A stretch of DNA of 64,000 nucleotides, taken from Oopsacas minuta. Its lineage: Eukaryota > Animalia > Porifera. The DNA is taken from assembly GCA_024704765.1 (NCBI GenBank), contig JAKMXF010000362.1, forward strand, positions 62,001 through 126,000, written 5' to 3'. The stretch's first letter is position 1, and the number at the start of each line of letters is the position of its first letter. A program made the position numbers and the translations under genes. The notes under the pieces were generated by a model. That model was given only the letters and a program-made list of their open reading frames with translations. It made no database searches and was not told the DNA's origin. Below are positions 22,500-36,084 of the stretch, one piece after another.

Positions 22500-25320
22500 T
22501 TGTAAACAAAATTTGCTTATCTATGCATCATGGCAATTATCGAATTATAAGTTTGTTAACTCTTATGAACTCAACTCTACTTTATATATATCGAGGGAAA
22601 CTAATTGTTCTTACGATGCTTCATTTATATTATTCGACAAATTTTAACGTCTCTTCAATCAACTGATAGAGGTTTACAGAATTTTGAATGAAGTTGTGAA
22701 AAGGAAATGGTCGATATTGATACTATATTATTCATTTGATCTCAATTAGAGCTTATTTGTGGAGTTTTATCTTGATTTCTCGCGTTTAGATAAGTCTGTG
22801 GCGTAGTAACATATCCTGCCTGACATTTATATTGCCCTCCTATTGTAGTAATTCTTTTCATAGATTTCTTTCTTCAAAGTAAGAATATTCATACTGGAAA
22901 TACACTACTAAATCAAGCTCCAATATCCTCTTACGAAAGTGATATCCTACCATTTTCCAGTAATCCTCTTCTCTACAACTGATTTCTTACTTTTCATATA
23001 CGTAATTCACATAATATATGTGTTTAGCTGATATAATCAATAATTATAATTAATAGCTATTGTATATTAATAATTGATCTAATCAGTGTTATACTTATAC
23101 AGAAGATTAATAGATACTAAAATTATTATATTTGTGGTGTGCGTAACTGTCATCTTTCCGTTTCAATATTCTTAGGTTTTAATATTATTTTCTATAAGCG
23201 AATATTTCAGAATTTAATTTTCAGTCTGACAATATTTGGCTCATATTTCTCTTTTGCTTTTTTGGCAATTTGATAGTTGCATTCTGGATAACCCAATTCT
23301 AACATTTTGTTCGTCCGCCTTTATACTTTTTATGATTTATCTTTTATTTTACATTAGAAATCGTTAGTTTGTCAATATGATTAAATTACCTAAAATGACA
23401 AAATAACTAGTTAGATAAACATACAGACAAAGCTAATACTTATAATATTATACACCAATAGACTAATAACCTGAAGGCCGCATAACTTTGTTATTACTTA
23501 GGGAAAATATTTTTTCATTCTCTGCACTAAGACTAATTATTAGAGTGAGCTATCCTTTGTTGTAACGTAAAATTTATATGTTAGCAGCTTACGCTTAAGG
23601 TCTAATCTCTTTATTATGAACAAGATTATTATTCCATGATTGTCAGAAACTACCCTTACTGAGATTTGTGTATATGTATCATATACAGGCAGCCCTCACC
23701 GTTCACAGGGGTTACGTTCCTGAGAATTGTCGCGAATGGCAAGACGTTAGTTCTATGAGATAGTGGGGCTACGTTACTAGATTACAAAGTGACAAACAAT
23801 AAGTGATACTAAATATGATCGGAATGTGTAATTAAGCAATAATTATGAGTTTTAGAAAGCTAATTGTATTCACCGAGTTTAAATAGTACTTGTGTGAGTA
23901 TAAAAGGGTAAAACTTGTATATTTTAGTAAGAGAACTTTCTGTTTTCACCTGATTAAAATACCATAAAGCACTAGATATGTTGAATTAGATAAATTATTC
24001 AATGTAAGTGGGCTGTTTATCGAGAAAACATACATTTTCGCCAGTGTTGAGCTCTTGAATATGTATTTATTAGCGAATTTGGTATTATGGCTATAAGCGA
24101 AACTTCAGCATGTGATCATATACATGTATGCCTTCTATGCAATGATATATTTATTGTATGGAGCGAGAATCGACATTTTCTCATCTTATATTACATACCA
24201 TTTCTAATATGTGGATAATATTCTGGATGTCATAATTATTTATATTCATATATTTAATCTTAGTAAGGTTAATGCTATTGTAAATTCACAGAATTTTATT
24301 CTAACATGGAAATGAGAGTATTCAATTATTCAGAAATGATTTACATATTTTGCTGCACATATTTTATTTAATTACTTGGGAAATTGGCAGAATTTCCTTT
24401 TAAGAAGTGATACTATGGATGCATTGGATGATAACATTTAGTTTTGTGATTTCATCATATCTCTGACTCTCTGCGTGACGGGAGAATGCTAGGCACTTTG
24501 TGCCTAGCATTTGATCACCATATGTTTATGACAGTAGCCTCATTTCCTTTAAGATAAATTGTAATTTAGAATCAAATTTAATTATTTAATATATCATATG
24601 CTGTTGCGTACTTAACAGATGATTACTTACTTAATTAGTGTTTAATATTACACTTGTTACTATGTTGTGATTGAGGAAGTAGATATCTACAATGATATTT
24701 ATCCATCTACCTGCTCTTGCATTATCTTGCAGGATATTATTAACAATCTATAATACACCTGTAAAAACTTCTTTGGTTAAAATTTATTGTTTCATATTTG
24801 ACAACTTAGAAAGCAATTACAATCACTATCTATCCAGTAGAGTGCAGTTATTGTAATAAAGTAATTTTGAGATCTGGTTTTTGTCATCTAGTTATTTAAT
24901 TTTCGGATATTTATGTCCTTGAAAAACCAAATATATTGTAAAGACTGTAATTATATTTAAGGATTATTTGTATTTTGGATGGTTTTGTCTTCATTCCTAA
25001 TTTCCATGTGTAAAGAAATGTATAAAAACGATTCATTCTCTACTTGTAACAAAGTTTTGGACCCCCAAGCATGGACACGAATCCCGGGGGGACGGGGGAA
25101 ACACATCCCTCAATTTTGAAGAATTTGGGATGATTTTTGGTAATTAAGCAATGATTTTCGTACCGAATAGCCAGAATTTAAGATTGGTATCCCCCACTTT
25201 TTCTGGAACTACGCCTCCCCCAGGCACCAGAATTGGCGCCTATGGCTCTCACTTCTGTTAGATATACTCTACTCTGCTGTATGGTAACTGTTTCCTACTA
25301 GTTATGTAGTATGATTTTAC

Positions 25321-26223
25321 ATGTTCCTTAACAAGTTGAGAATAGGAATTATTCTATCATTTCAAAGAAGTCTTATCCACAACTCTAGCATGGCATTTGC
25401 ATCTGAGAAGATGAACACTCTTTATCGCATGTTTGAAGACTCATCTCATGCTGAGAACTACTCTATGTACAGACTAGGATATCCTGAAGAGCTGAAGCAG
25501 TCAATACTAACCTTCATGGCAGATAATGGCTGTAACCAGTCTGACACCAGGTTATTATTGGATATAGGATGTGGTACTGGTATATCAACACGGTTGTTCT
25601 CAGATAGCTGTACATCTTGCTGGGGGGTTGACATAAGTTATGAGCAATTGAAGCAAGCTATTAGCAGGAAAGGAAGGAACGTATTCTATCTCATGTCTCT
25701 AGCCGAGAGTACTTGCTTTAAAGACAATACATTTGACCTTATTACTGTAGGACAAGCTTGGCATTGGTTTGATGCTGATAGATTCAATGAAGAGGTGAAA
25801 CGGATATTAGCTCCTCACGGGTGTATTGCTGTATACGGTTATTCTTTCCCTACCATTCTCAATCATGATAAAGCACAGGAAATATTATACAAATTCTATA
25901 CAGTGACTCTAGCTCCTTATTGGTCTGAGAGGAGGGAGCTAGTCAGATCACATTACAGCAGTCTGGTACTTCCCTTTAAAACAAAGTTTCGTAACGACAA
26001 CTTAAGTATTAATGTAAAGGTTACACTTAATGGCCTTCTAAATTATATTGACACAACCTCTGCAGCTCATTTAATGAATAAAATAAATCCGGGTAATACA
26101 ATAACGAAAGATTTCAAACAGGAGTTAGCTGTAGCAATCGGAGGTAGTGATGTTAGTAAAGATTTTAATCCTCTCCTGGATATTAGAGCTTCTGTATTTA
26201 TGGAGATTGCTAAGAAAGATTGA
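25321..26223 (+). CDS. Class I SAM-dependent methyltransferase (Methyltransf_11-like)
   Basis: LLLDIGCGTG motif I, GVDISYEQL, FDLITVGQAWHWFD, RILAPHG. Confidence 0.85.
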   Translation: MFLNKLRIGIILSFQRSLIHNSSMAFASEKMNTLYRMFEDSSHAENYSMYRLGYPEELKQSILTFMADNGCNQSDTRLLLDIGCGTGISTRLFSDSCTSCWGVDISYEQLKQAISRKGRNVFYLMSLAESTCFKDNTFDLITVGQAWHWFDADRFNEEVKRILAPHGCIAVYGYSFPTILNHDKAQEILYKFYTVTLAPYWSERRELVRSHYSSLVLPFKTKFRNDNLSINVKVTLNGLLNYIDTTSAAHLMNKINPGNTITKDFKQELAVAIGGSDVSKDFNPLLDIRASVFMEIAKKD

Positions 26224-27564
26224 ATTATTTCAATTTATCATTTGTATTTACTAATAGTTTAGTGTTTCTTATATCACTATTTTACCGATAAACACTTATA
26301 CATTTGATAATAATTAAATACCAAAACATGTCTCATGATAACCTCTTCCCTGAATTAATGTTTGCTAATGAATGACAGATGTTTCGTCGCACGAAATTGT
26401 GATCAATAATAATAATTATTAATTTTGGTCAGTGAACTAAAATGTTCATAGAAAATTGGTCCAACTTTGGAATTTTGATCCCCCTTGTTTTATGTTTATC
26501 TGGTTAGTAAATAAATCATTAGCATCAAATTGATGGAAGACGAGCTTTTGGAGAGTCAAGATCTGATACAAGAGGTATCCGTACCTAAAAATCTTGAGAA
26601 TAAACTAATTAGAGCATCAACAACCAGAGTCATCTCTTAAACACCCAAACAAACAATCAGCAGGTAGTCTGCATCCGGTCAACATCTCCAGGAAGCTTGG
26701 ACGCTAATGTGAGAAAAATCCCTGTGCTATAATTCAAATGGGGTAATACACCGAAATTTGATAGAATTTTGATCCTAGGACCTACACAACCTTAATAATG
26801 ATATACATCTCATATATAATTTCGGGGACGAAACATCCGCGACGAATCATTAATTTACCTTTGCAAATAATATCTTAATTAACAGTGGAACACATCATTT
26901 ATTGCGAACACGAATCTACGGATAAAGCCAACAAATTTGGACCATTAGTAACGAAGTTTCGTAATACGTATATTCAAATACGTGTTTTGTCCGGATCGAT
27001 TGAGTAATAGCCTAGACTACTTTAAAATATAAATAGGAAAGTAACAGAGCAACCAATAAACAAGAGAGGCCCGTTTATAAACCTCACAATAGTTAAATTT
27101 ACCACCAAAGTTTGTGAATTGAACATATTTATGGCGAAAAAATGTAAGGAATCAGTTCATTGAGACAAATCTCAGGAACGGAATCATTTCCATTCAACTT
27201 AATACTAAATATTTTTTGTTAATCGTGACAAACTCTGTTAATAGAGTGAAAATTAGTAACTCAATCAGGACCAAATTTCTCCTTGATTTAGGAAATTCTA
27301 ATAAGCTTGGTACATGTACAAAATTTGGATAAATATAGGCGAAATTTCGTATTAATATGACCAAATCAAATTCTAATTATTAGTGATTGCTATCAACATT
27401 AATTCACGGAAGGCACCAAACGATCAGAAAATTTCAAAGTATATCCCATGTAACATTGTATGGGTAATACTCACCAATAGAGCGTTAACTTGCTTTGGGG
27501 AACTCTGCGACTGAAAAAATAGAAAATTGATGCTCTTTAGTATCATTATTAGAAAATCTCCGGG

Positions 27565-28421
27565 TAAGAAACTAATCTGCTTAGGAAGGAGGAGTTCCTC
27601 GTAAATGTGCAAATATGAAAGTATGTGAACTGAAATACGCTCTCAAAGAGCAGTCTATGTTACATTTCGGTAAGCATGGTAAAGCTATCAATGAAATATA
27701 TGATGCTAGAGGTATATCTATAGATGAACTCAATGAGCTCATATATGTAGTTGATAGGGGAAACAGACGTATTCAGGTGATAAATTTTGAGGGAATATTC
27801 ATAACTAACTTTGGATAAGGGATACTTAGTGATCCATGGGGTATTGCAGTAACAAAATATTATATCTACGTTACTGACATAATTCCCAGCAATTTGTATC
27901 GGTTCAGCGATTACAAGCTATTGAGAGTAAAAGAAGAGGGAAAGCTAGCCAATCCACATGGACTCTGTGTAGATTATAACGGTGATGTGTATGTAGCTGA
28001 TTGTCTCAATAATAGAGTCTGCATATTTTCAGAGTCCCTCCAATTCCTGAAATGCTTCGGTGCTGGTGAGCTATTTTATACTGGAGATGTAAAGGTTACT
28101 CCTGATTGTATTATAGTATTAGACCGAAGTACGAATTGTATCCACTTCTATTCGAGATGTGGAGACTTGATAAACTCGTGTGTTTCTACTGGGAAACATG
28201 GTATCGTTTTTGATACATGGTTCTTCTGTCTGGATCCATTAGGAAATATCCTACTTACTGATAGTATCAATCACGCTGTGAAGATAATCTCTCCATCAGG
28301 ACAACTAACACAAACCATAATGATGGATAAGTATGAAGATGCATGGGGTATTTGTATGTCAGAATTAGGAATTATATTCTTTATAGCTAGAAATGGACAT
28401 TACTGTTTACACTCCTTTTAG
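27565..28421 (+). pseudogene. NHL-repeat pseudogene, inverted duplicate of 1-596
   Basis: ORFs 27615-27818 and 27894-28421 share one frame, split by TAA at 27816-27818 where the left copy has CAA. A 1-bp deletion destroys the ATG that corresponds to 578. Confidence 0.85.
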
Positions 28422-28705
28422 TTGCTTGTTTTCTTACATTTAATAACCTGCGGATTTAGTTAATCTTCTTTATGCTCGGATATAAACTCAAATATTTATT
28501 CAATTTGAACTTTAATTAAATAATTTGTGGCTGACAATTGCTACCTCTAGCAATTATCAGCCATTATGGTATATGTTCTCCTCTGACCCCCAAAATACTT
28601 ATGGTTAATTGCAGGTCCATAAATTGAAAATATGTTCACCGCTGTTACGTAAATTTGTTCTTACGCATTATTTCCTTTGTATACTAGTACTTCTAGCGGC
28701 TCTCA

Positions 28706-30691
28706 ATGGCTAAAGTTCATGTAACTATACAAGTAATATTATGGTTATTATCAACTTCTTATCTCGCTGCATTTCTATCTCTCTTCTTCCAAGTACCAGG
28801 TCTATACGGTCCCAGAGGGATTACTCCTATTCACTCGTCTCTCCCTCTAAACTCACATTCCATCCTCTCTAACTGGTTATCAAGTCCTACACTCCTATGG
28901 CTCTCTAATACAGTAGGTATAGACCCGTCTACTGGCTTGCTAATAATCTGTCTATTAGGCTCTCTCCTGAGTTTCTGTACTATGATATATCCTCTCTGCA
29001 GATCTCCTCTGTATTACTTCATCCTATATCTACTGTACTTGTCTGCTTATCAGGTAGGGGGTGTGTTCCTTTGGTTCCAATGGGATGCTCTATTGTTAGA
29101 ATTTGGAGCTCTAGCAGTTTTCCTGGCTCCAATAGAACCTCTCTTTTTCATATCTTCATGTCCTCGTCCATGGGATACTCTCAAGCTATGGATAATCCGC
29201 TGGTTAGCCTTCAGACTAATGTTCAGTTCAGGTGTGGTTAAACTTAGCGCGGGGTGTCCCACCTGGTGGGGGTTATCTGCCCTTCAGGTACATTTTGAGT
29301 CCCAGTGTATCCCCACACAGCTAAGCTGGTACCTCCACCACATGCCAGTATGGACTCTCCGTCTCTCAGTTGTGATTACATTCTTTTCAGAGATAGCTGC
29401 TCCTCTCCTCTTTCTCCTTCCCTCCAGAACTCTCCGACTGATCGCCTTCTTCTCTCAGGTACATCTCCTGGTCGGTATCAACACAGCTGGTAACTATAAC
29501 TTCTTCGGTATTCTATCACTAGCTGCTGCTATAGCTGTTCTTGATGATGATTGGCTCAGCTCTAAGAAGAAATGTCTGTCTAGATTTCTCAATCGATTAG
29601 ACCTCTGGTTGGTAACCCCTCTAGTACTAGCAGTCTATATCTACTATACTGTATCTCTATTCAATCTCCAAATAATCACTGATCCAATAGAAATATCATC
29701 TTCTATAAACTTCTCTCAGAAAGAATGGGACGTATTTGTAGCCTGGATAGTCCCATGGACGGTATGGTTAGGTGTAGCATGGCTATTGTATGAGATATTA
29801 TCTGCACTGGTAAACTCTCTCATACAGCCTCGTAGCCTTGTTGGTAAACTCATTAGTGTGTTAGCTACTTGTATATACTCGGTACTGGCATTACTCCTGT
29901 TCCTATACTCCCTACCCTCCTACACACACATTGCACCCTCTTATCGATCCTCCCTACCCCCCGCCCTATTCAGATGGGAGAGTACCCTCTCCTCTTATAA
30001 CTTAGCGTCACATTACGGACCTTTCAGACGTATGACAGGGGTAGGTGGGAGACCTGAGGTAATCATAGAGTGGAGCAATCAGCAGGAGGATGGCTGGCAA
30101 GAGTATAACTTTAATTACAAGCCCGGTAACCTCTCACAAGCTCCCTCCTTCATAGCCCCGCATCAACCACGTCTAGACTGGCAGTTATGGTTCGCTGCTC
30201 TCAGCAACTATCATCACACACCATGGATAATTCAACTCATCAATAGACTACTTCAGAACGAAACCTCCGTGCTAGCTCTACTCAGTGAGACACCCCCTCA
30301 GCCCGTGTATGTACGTGCTTCACACTATCTGTACCACTTCAAATATGAAGGGGATGACTGGTGGTCACGTGACAACCTAGAGGAATATGTCCCGGCCCTC
30401 TCTATTGACCATAAGACTGTGTTGGATTTTCTTAAAGAGAAAGGTCTCTGGAGTGAAGCAAACCTTTCTAACACTTCTGTAGACAGACTAGTCCACACAC
30501 TCTACTGGACAGCACACAAGACTGTATCACCGCATGTAGCTATATGGTTCGCATTCCTATTGGCATTTTGTGTTGCTATCCTGAACCACATAATTTATAT
30601 GTATAGCTGGAATGTTCGTACAGTTGCCTCATGTGTAGCTATTTCAACTGGACTTAGTCTATTCTATTTGATAGCTAATAAGAATATGTAA
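28706..30691 (+). CDS. LMF2: Lipase maturation factor 2
   Basis: FLWFQWDALLLE, FRLMFSSGVVKL, HFESQCIPT, YGPFRRMTGVGGRPEVIIE, PHQPRLDWQLWFAAL; multipass N-terminal half. LMF2 is preferred over LMF1 from the RRMTGxGGRPE motif. Confidence 0.88.
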   Translation: MAKVHVTIQVILWLLSTSYLAAFLSLFFQVPGLYGPRGITPIHSSLPLNSHSILSNWLSSPTLLWLSNTVGIDPSTGLLIICLLGSLLSFCTMIYPLCRSPLYYFILYLLYLSAYQVGGVFLWFQWDALLLEFGALAVFLAPIEPLFFISSCPRPWDTLKLWIIRWLAFRLMFSSGVVKLSAGCPTWWGLSALQVHFESQCIPTQLSWYLHHMPVWTLRLSVVITFFSEIAAPLLFLLPSRTLRLIAFFSQVHLLVGINTAGNYNFFGILSLAAAIAVLDDDWLSSKKKCLSRFLNRLDLWLVTPLVLAVYIYYTVSLFNLQIITDPIEISSSINFSQKEWDVFVAWIVPWTVWLGVAWLLYEILSALVNSLIQPRSLVGKLISVLATCIYSVLALLLFLYSLPSYTHIAPSYRSSLPPALFRWESTLSSYNLASHYGPFRRMTGVGGRPEVIIEWSNQQEDGWQEYNFNYKPGNLSQAPSFIAPHQPRLDWQLWFAALSNYHHTPWIIQLINRLLQNETSVLALLSETPPQPVYVRASHYLYHFKYEGDDWWSRDNLEEYVPALSIDHKTVLDFLKEKGLWSEANLSNTSVDRLVHTLYWTAHKTVSPHVAIWFAFLLAFCVAILNHIIYMYSWNVRTVASCVAISTGLSLFYLIANKNM

Positions 30692-31628
30692 TTCTTGCTG
30701 AATATATTATGTTTGAAATTGTTAGCAATTGTAATTCGCATTATTTATTTCAATTAGGTTTTATTAATAACGAATGCAAATTATTTGTTCTGTTTTATAG
30801 AATATCTTTTGTACATGAAGTACACACGATCAGGCGCATAGTTACCATAGAGTATAGGGGACTCGTGCCCCCTAAGGGTGGCATAGGGAGGGTAGAGTAG
30901 CTGGAGGCTGTAGGCTCACCGTTGCAGAATAAATTGGAAGAAAATAATATATCACTCGAATTGCCACCACCAGTCCACCACCCCAAATCAATTACCCATG
31001 CAGATATTTACTATTGCATTATTCATACATTGGCCATAAATCAGTCATGGAAAGATCAGTACAGTTAGTGATGGACCGGGATAACACCCCGCTAGGATTT
31101 TCATGTTTTGTCGGGATTTTAAAAATACATAAACATAAGTAAAGTATTCATTCAATACATTGTGAGATATTGTTGGAGGAAATTAACCGAAATTCTGAGG
31201 TTAGAAATAGCTGATCGTTCTAGGCTGGAATTCAAACTTCTATTGCAAAGAAATATCTGAAAAGTAACGGTGAAGGGTAAAATTAAAACTTTTAACGATA
31301 ATACGCTGTATGAGTTTGAATATTAATAGATTCGGAGTTTCATTATATTAATGTGTGCTAGAATTTCCCAGTTCAACCCCGGGATTCTGGTCGATCCCAC
31401 CGGCCCACCACCATCTCAGTCATTCTTAGACCTCTTAAGATTAATTGTATTGTACAAGTGGAAGTACGCATAGTCTAAGGATAAGGGATATAAGGTTTGT
31501 TAGTGGAAAAGGCCCGTACAGTCGAATATGTTTGGTAGTTTTAATTGTTGATATTTTCGGTTGAAAATGTGAATTTGAGAAATGAATTCTATCAAATCTA
31601 TGACTTAAACAAAATTCATAATTTTCTA

Positions 31629-33395
31629 CTATTCAATACATCCTTCAGTTTCCATTAAATCTCTCAATACACTCAAAGTTGATACTATCTCTGTATACAA
31701 TTGAAATGAAGTTTTGGGACTTCTAGATGTAATAGTAGTAATGAAAATGTATATAGAGTCTGACTTAGGGTGTAATCCAACGAAATGTCCATTGAATAAA
31801 GGATAATTTGCACTGAGAGGAAGTGTGGAGTAGATAGAACTAATAGCTAGTTTAGGTTCAATGAACAATTCAAAATGAGAGTTATGAAACAAATCAACAG
31901 ATAAATTCTCTTTCTCCGCTAAATATCTCAGAGCTTGTAGATGCTTAACAAACACATGACCTCCACTAGTCTCAGATAACAATAGTTTGTATGTGTTGGT
32001 AGCTCTTAACATCAGCCTCCATCTCTCTCTATCAGACTGACTGCTTGTTGTCATAGATTCCACAAATGTCTTCATATCCTCACTGACTGTGATCGGATGC
32101 TCTAGACGTCCTTCTCTGAAGCTTCTCATAGAAACAGTTTGATAGCTAGCTGTCAGCTGATTGTACAGCTTATAGTAAGCTAGCTGGATAGCTAGCTGAA
32201 TGAATCCATGGTAATATACTCCATAATTCTTAAACAGGTCTCTTCCAAATTCAGTAAAATCTCCGTCGAAATAATCATAATCTTTATACCAAATATTTAG
32301 CTTAGATTTAGCTAACTTAATCTGTTTATGAGTTCTAGGCGAAATTTCCCATATCAGCTGTTTCACTTTTACTGCTGATTTGAATTGGAATAATTTGTCT
32401 GTAGTAGATGAATCGATTTTGGGAATAGTGCAATAGAAACCTGTTAGTATTCCATCTATCATTGAATGTTCTGAGAAAAATACTTCTAAACCATCTTTTG
32501 TGAATATTGTCTGTAGACCCAATCCATGCCATCTATTGTAATTCTTACAATCCAGACGAATATCTCCAAACGTAACTCTTTTAACACTGTCCCTATCATC
32601 TCCATTAGTACATTCATCTATGCATAGTCCGAATAGACTAGTTTCAATCTCCCTCAAAGAGCTAGCATTGATAGAAGAATCCTGTATCAGCTGTTCTCTA
32701 GCTGATGACCAGCTGTCTCTGTCTAGAGCTGTCAACAGACTCACAGGTGCATGACTCTGTGTCTCCTCACTACTAGAACTCATCACCTGAGATAGTAACT
32801 GGTACATTTCCTCCACACTCAGAGACTTGTTTCCATCAGCCGGGTTGTACACAGGCATTCTGTATATCCTACCAGCATACATCACTATAATGTGTTTGCT
32901 ATGAGGGGAGAATACCTGAGTATCAATTTTAGGTTTAGGCACTCTGTATCCACCAACCAACCGAATGTACTGACTCATGCTCTGTGGAACTCTACCTATC
33001 ATTTCTTGAGGCAATCTCTCATCACGGATAGTCTCCATCAATCTCACCATACTGAAGAGATGCTGGGATATAGCTAGCAGCATTTCTTTGTGAGTAGACC
33101 ATTTCAGTCTAGTTTTAAGTGTAGTTTTACCGTTAGTAAAGAGGAGAGAGTCTCTGTTGGAGAGATATCTGGTGTCTACCCACACACGTGACGCCCAGTT
33201 GTCCGTCTCCTCTGCGAATGTTAACAATCTATTCTGGAGATACACACCCTCTCTCTTTGAAAAGGAGTTTGTAGACTTGATTAGTTGAGAATGCTGAGTC
33301 TGTGTGGTTAGCGGCTTCATAGCTGTCAGGAATCTGTCCAGAGTGTCAGACAGAGCAGGAACAGGTAGTTTGGGGAGAATCTTATAGCGAGACAT
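31629..33395 (-). CDS. Choline/carnitine O-acyltransferase family, copy A (588 aa)
   Basis: LPKLPVPALSDTLDRFL, LLTALDRDSW, NRWHG, catalytic EHSMIDG, IQLAIQLAYYKLY, SMRSFREGR. Confidence 0.88.
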   Translation of the reverse strand: MSRYKILPKLPVPALSDTLDRFLTAMKPLTTQTQHSQLIKSTNSFSKREGVYLQNRLLTFAEETDNWASRVWVDTRYLSNRDSLLFTNGKTTLKTRLKWSTHKEMLLAISQHLFSMVRLMETIRDERLPQEMIGRVPQSMSQYIRLVGGYRVPKPKIDTQVFSPHSKHIIVMYAGRIYRMPVYNPADGNKSLSVEEMYQLLSQVMSSSSEETQSHAPVSLLTALDRDSWSSAREQLIQDSSINASSLREIETSLFGLCIDECTNGDDRDSVKRVTFGDIRLDCKNYNRWHGLGLQTIFTKDGLEVFFSEHSMIDGILTGFYCTIPKIDSSTTDKLFQFKSAVKVKQLIWEISPRTHKQIKLAKSKLNIWYKDYDYFDGDFTEFGRDLFKNYGVYYHGFIQLAIQLAYYKLYNQLTASYQTVSMRSFREGRLEHPITVSEDMKTFVESMTTSSQSDRERWRLMLRATNTYKLLLSETSGGHVFVKHLQALRYLAEKENLSVDLFHNSHFELFIEPKLAISSIYSTLPLSANYPLFNGHFVGLHPKSDSIYIFITTITSRSPKTSFQLYTEIVSTLSVLRDLMETEGCIE

Positions 33396-34228
33396 TTATC
33401 CTTTCCTCTTCCAATTTGTATATTTATTTGTTTATTTGTGTATTTATCAATATCCTCTTTCTTGTAGACTCATTCTGACAGGTGAAAAGCGTTCTTATAA
33501 TCTACTATCGTGATGATCGAGGTAGTTTGTATATAGTGGAATAGGAACTGGGATCAGGGTACATGTTCGAATAATCGAGGTTAAATTGTACATATTTGTT
33601 GGTACATTTAGCATTTTGGATAAATTGTACAATCGATGAAAGCCAACATGTGCAATGTGCCAATGTGTAATAGTATGTATTCGTCCGCATTAGATTTGAA
33701 TACAATTAGTAGAGCTGAGTATCCTCACTATCTTGCGATCATGATCGTGGTATATTTTTGAGGATCGGAGATGATCGCCGATCTTTGTAAAAACAGTGTT
33801 CGAATGGAAGATCACTCTCATTTTCCCGAAAAAATCATATTTTCGCTTGTTTTAAGTAGACAGAAATTGAAATTTGAGAATGCTAGACATCAAAAAATTG
33901 TATTTACAACCTTTATGGTAATTAGACCTGTAGATTTCGCATGACCGCGCCCGCGGACGGACGCAGATGGAGTATCTCCCTATAGCGCGATCTTTTTACT
34001 GTACTAGAATTAGAACTGAACTAACCATAAGACACCTGTATTACATACGCTATATTGTGTAATAGTATAACATATAACTCTAACCAAGAAAATTCCAAAA
34101 CTTGACAGTAGTTACCTTAGCAACAAGTGACGTACATTGGTATTCTCAAATTACACAAGTATAAAATAGAGTCTGTATAGCTAATTAATTTATATTTCTA
34201 ATACATAAAAATAACTCTAATCAATAAA

Positions 34229-34930
34229 ATAGCAACAAATGAGCCCATAAATGCACCAGTTAACGACTTGACACAATTCAATTTTGTCGCTGCCTCCTAT
34301 TTGAGCAGCTGATCGCAAGGAGGGACTCTCTTCTGGGAACCTCAGAGAAATAAAAGAAGTTTATTTATCAAAAGTGAGCATCCGTAAGGAAACAATGGAG
34401 GAACTGGCAAAAACTTAACATCCTTGGAGGAGCTAAGCTTCAAAGTTAACGAGAACAAAGATCTCCATCAACACGTCACTGACCTCTATCAACAGCGTAT
34501 CAAACAGCTGGAGACACCCACCGAAATTCCTGTAGCCCTGCATATCTCGTACCACATTATACAAACTAAAAACTAAAAACTCAGATATCTGAGTTGGGGG
34601 AAGAGAAAGAATGTCTGGACTACTCTCTGAATAAAGAACCTATCCTAGCTGTTGGGGATGTTGGAATGGTAACCATGAATTAGTTGCTGCAGGTCTATCT
34701 CTAGATGAATCAAATCAGTTAATTTACATAGCTGATTGTTATAACCACCGTATTCAAATCGTATTATTTGAGGCAAGGTTCATAACTAGATTAGGACAAA
34801 GTATCTCATGAGACCACATGGCATAGTTGTGACAGATGATAACGTCTTCATTACGGACAGAGTTCTCCACGCTTTTTTGCAGTTTAACAAGCATGATTAC
34901 AAGTTAGTGAAGAGGACTGGTAACAAATGA
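34229..34930 (+). pseudogene. Coiled-coil/NHL family pseudogene between the acyltransferase copies
   Basis: Fragments read FEQLIARRDSLL and GLSLDESNQLIYIADCYNHRIQIV...MRPHGIVVTDDNVFITD. Several frameshifts and stops; the presumed start codon reads ATA. Confidence 0.7.
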
Positions 34931-35541
34931 GAATAACAGGGCCGGCGCCGCCTATAAAAGCTTGTAGATGTCCATGATAATGGATTCTGGGTGTCCGGAC
35001 ACGCAGAGCACGGTGGCTCCAGCCCTGAATATGTCTACGAATATGATTACGAATACGAATACGAAATAAACAAAACGCACGAAACACTGGTTGATGTCCA
35101 TCTTCCATGGTCTGTACCCTCACTTAGTCTGATCAACTATTTGAGCAATTTGGGACTTGGGTGATGGATACTATACTAGTAACACCTTTAGTTATAGGGG
35201 GATAAGGTTGGTGGGTCTTTCAGTTTATAAGTGGGGGCTGGACCTGTTGGGTGGTCATGTATAAATATATATATATATACAATAAACAGAGCGAGCGCCT
35301 AGGTAACTGTAAAGGTGACAAGGGTAACGTTTGTTACAACAGCGTTTGGCTGAGTAAATTCTACAATGAACTGATTGAACTGATTTGTTGTAAATTGTTT
35401 GTTTATTACATATATGAATTATAATAATATGTGCTACATAGGCCCGAAAAGTAGAGCCTGTTACAATGAAAACCTTCTTGAGTAATCGCTCGCAACACTA
35501 GGGAAATACTCAAATAAATACAATAGATACATGCTAATGAG

Positions 35542-35936
35542 TAGGGCATTAGTATCGTGCGATCTCGATCTGCTATTAACCATCGGAGGATGATCACCGA
35601 TCATTTTATAAACAGTGATCGAGTGTAAGATCGGGATCATTTTCCCGAAAATTTTTGATCTTTTTAAGTAAACAGAATTGAAAATTGCGAATCTAGACCC
35701 AAAATGTATGTAATAATTTCATGGCAATCGGACTGGTAGATTTCGCATGTCCGCCCGGGACACACGGACTCCCGCAGCTAATAGAGCATCTCCCTATATG
35801 AGGTGCTTATAAATTCCAGAAATGTGATCGGACAAATGATCGTGATTGTGATCGTGATCCTTTTTGGTGCAAGGATCAGAATCACGATTTCCGATCAGGA
35901 TCTTGATAATTAATCTGGTGATCGACTAATGCCCTA
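35542..35936. mobile_element. Non-autonomous hAT-like element
   Basis: 12-bp TIR TAGGGCATTAGT / ACTAATGCCCTA, with flanks CTAATGAG and CTTATAAG (6 of 8 match). The interior resembles about 33735-33985. Confidence 0.65.
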
Positions 35937-36001
35937 CTTATAAGTGATTCATAATTATCCGCAAGTACAATATAATTATTCCGACTAACTGCTATTAACT
36001 A

Positions 36002-36084
36002 CAGTAGATTCTCGTTAATATGAACACGGTTAAGGAGTATGAATTTTGGCAGTCCCTGGTGTACGTGTTAACGAGAGTCTACAG
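36002..36084. mobile_element. Miniature Tigger-type MITE (83 bp)
   Basis: TA|CAGTAGATTCTCGTTAA...TTAACGAGAGTCTACAG|TA. Confidence 0.6.

Noticed and set aside
22700-25000. Coding-like AT-rich stretches between the Rab-like gene and the methyltransferase
   Set aside because: No sustained frame or recognisable motif was found.
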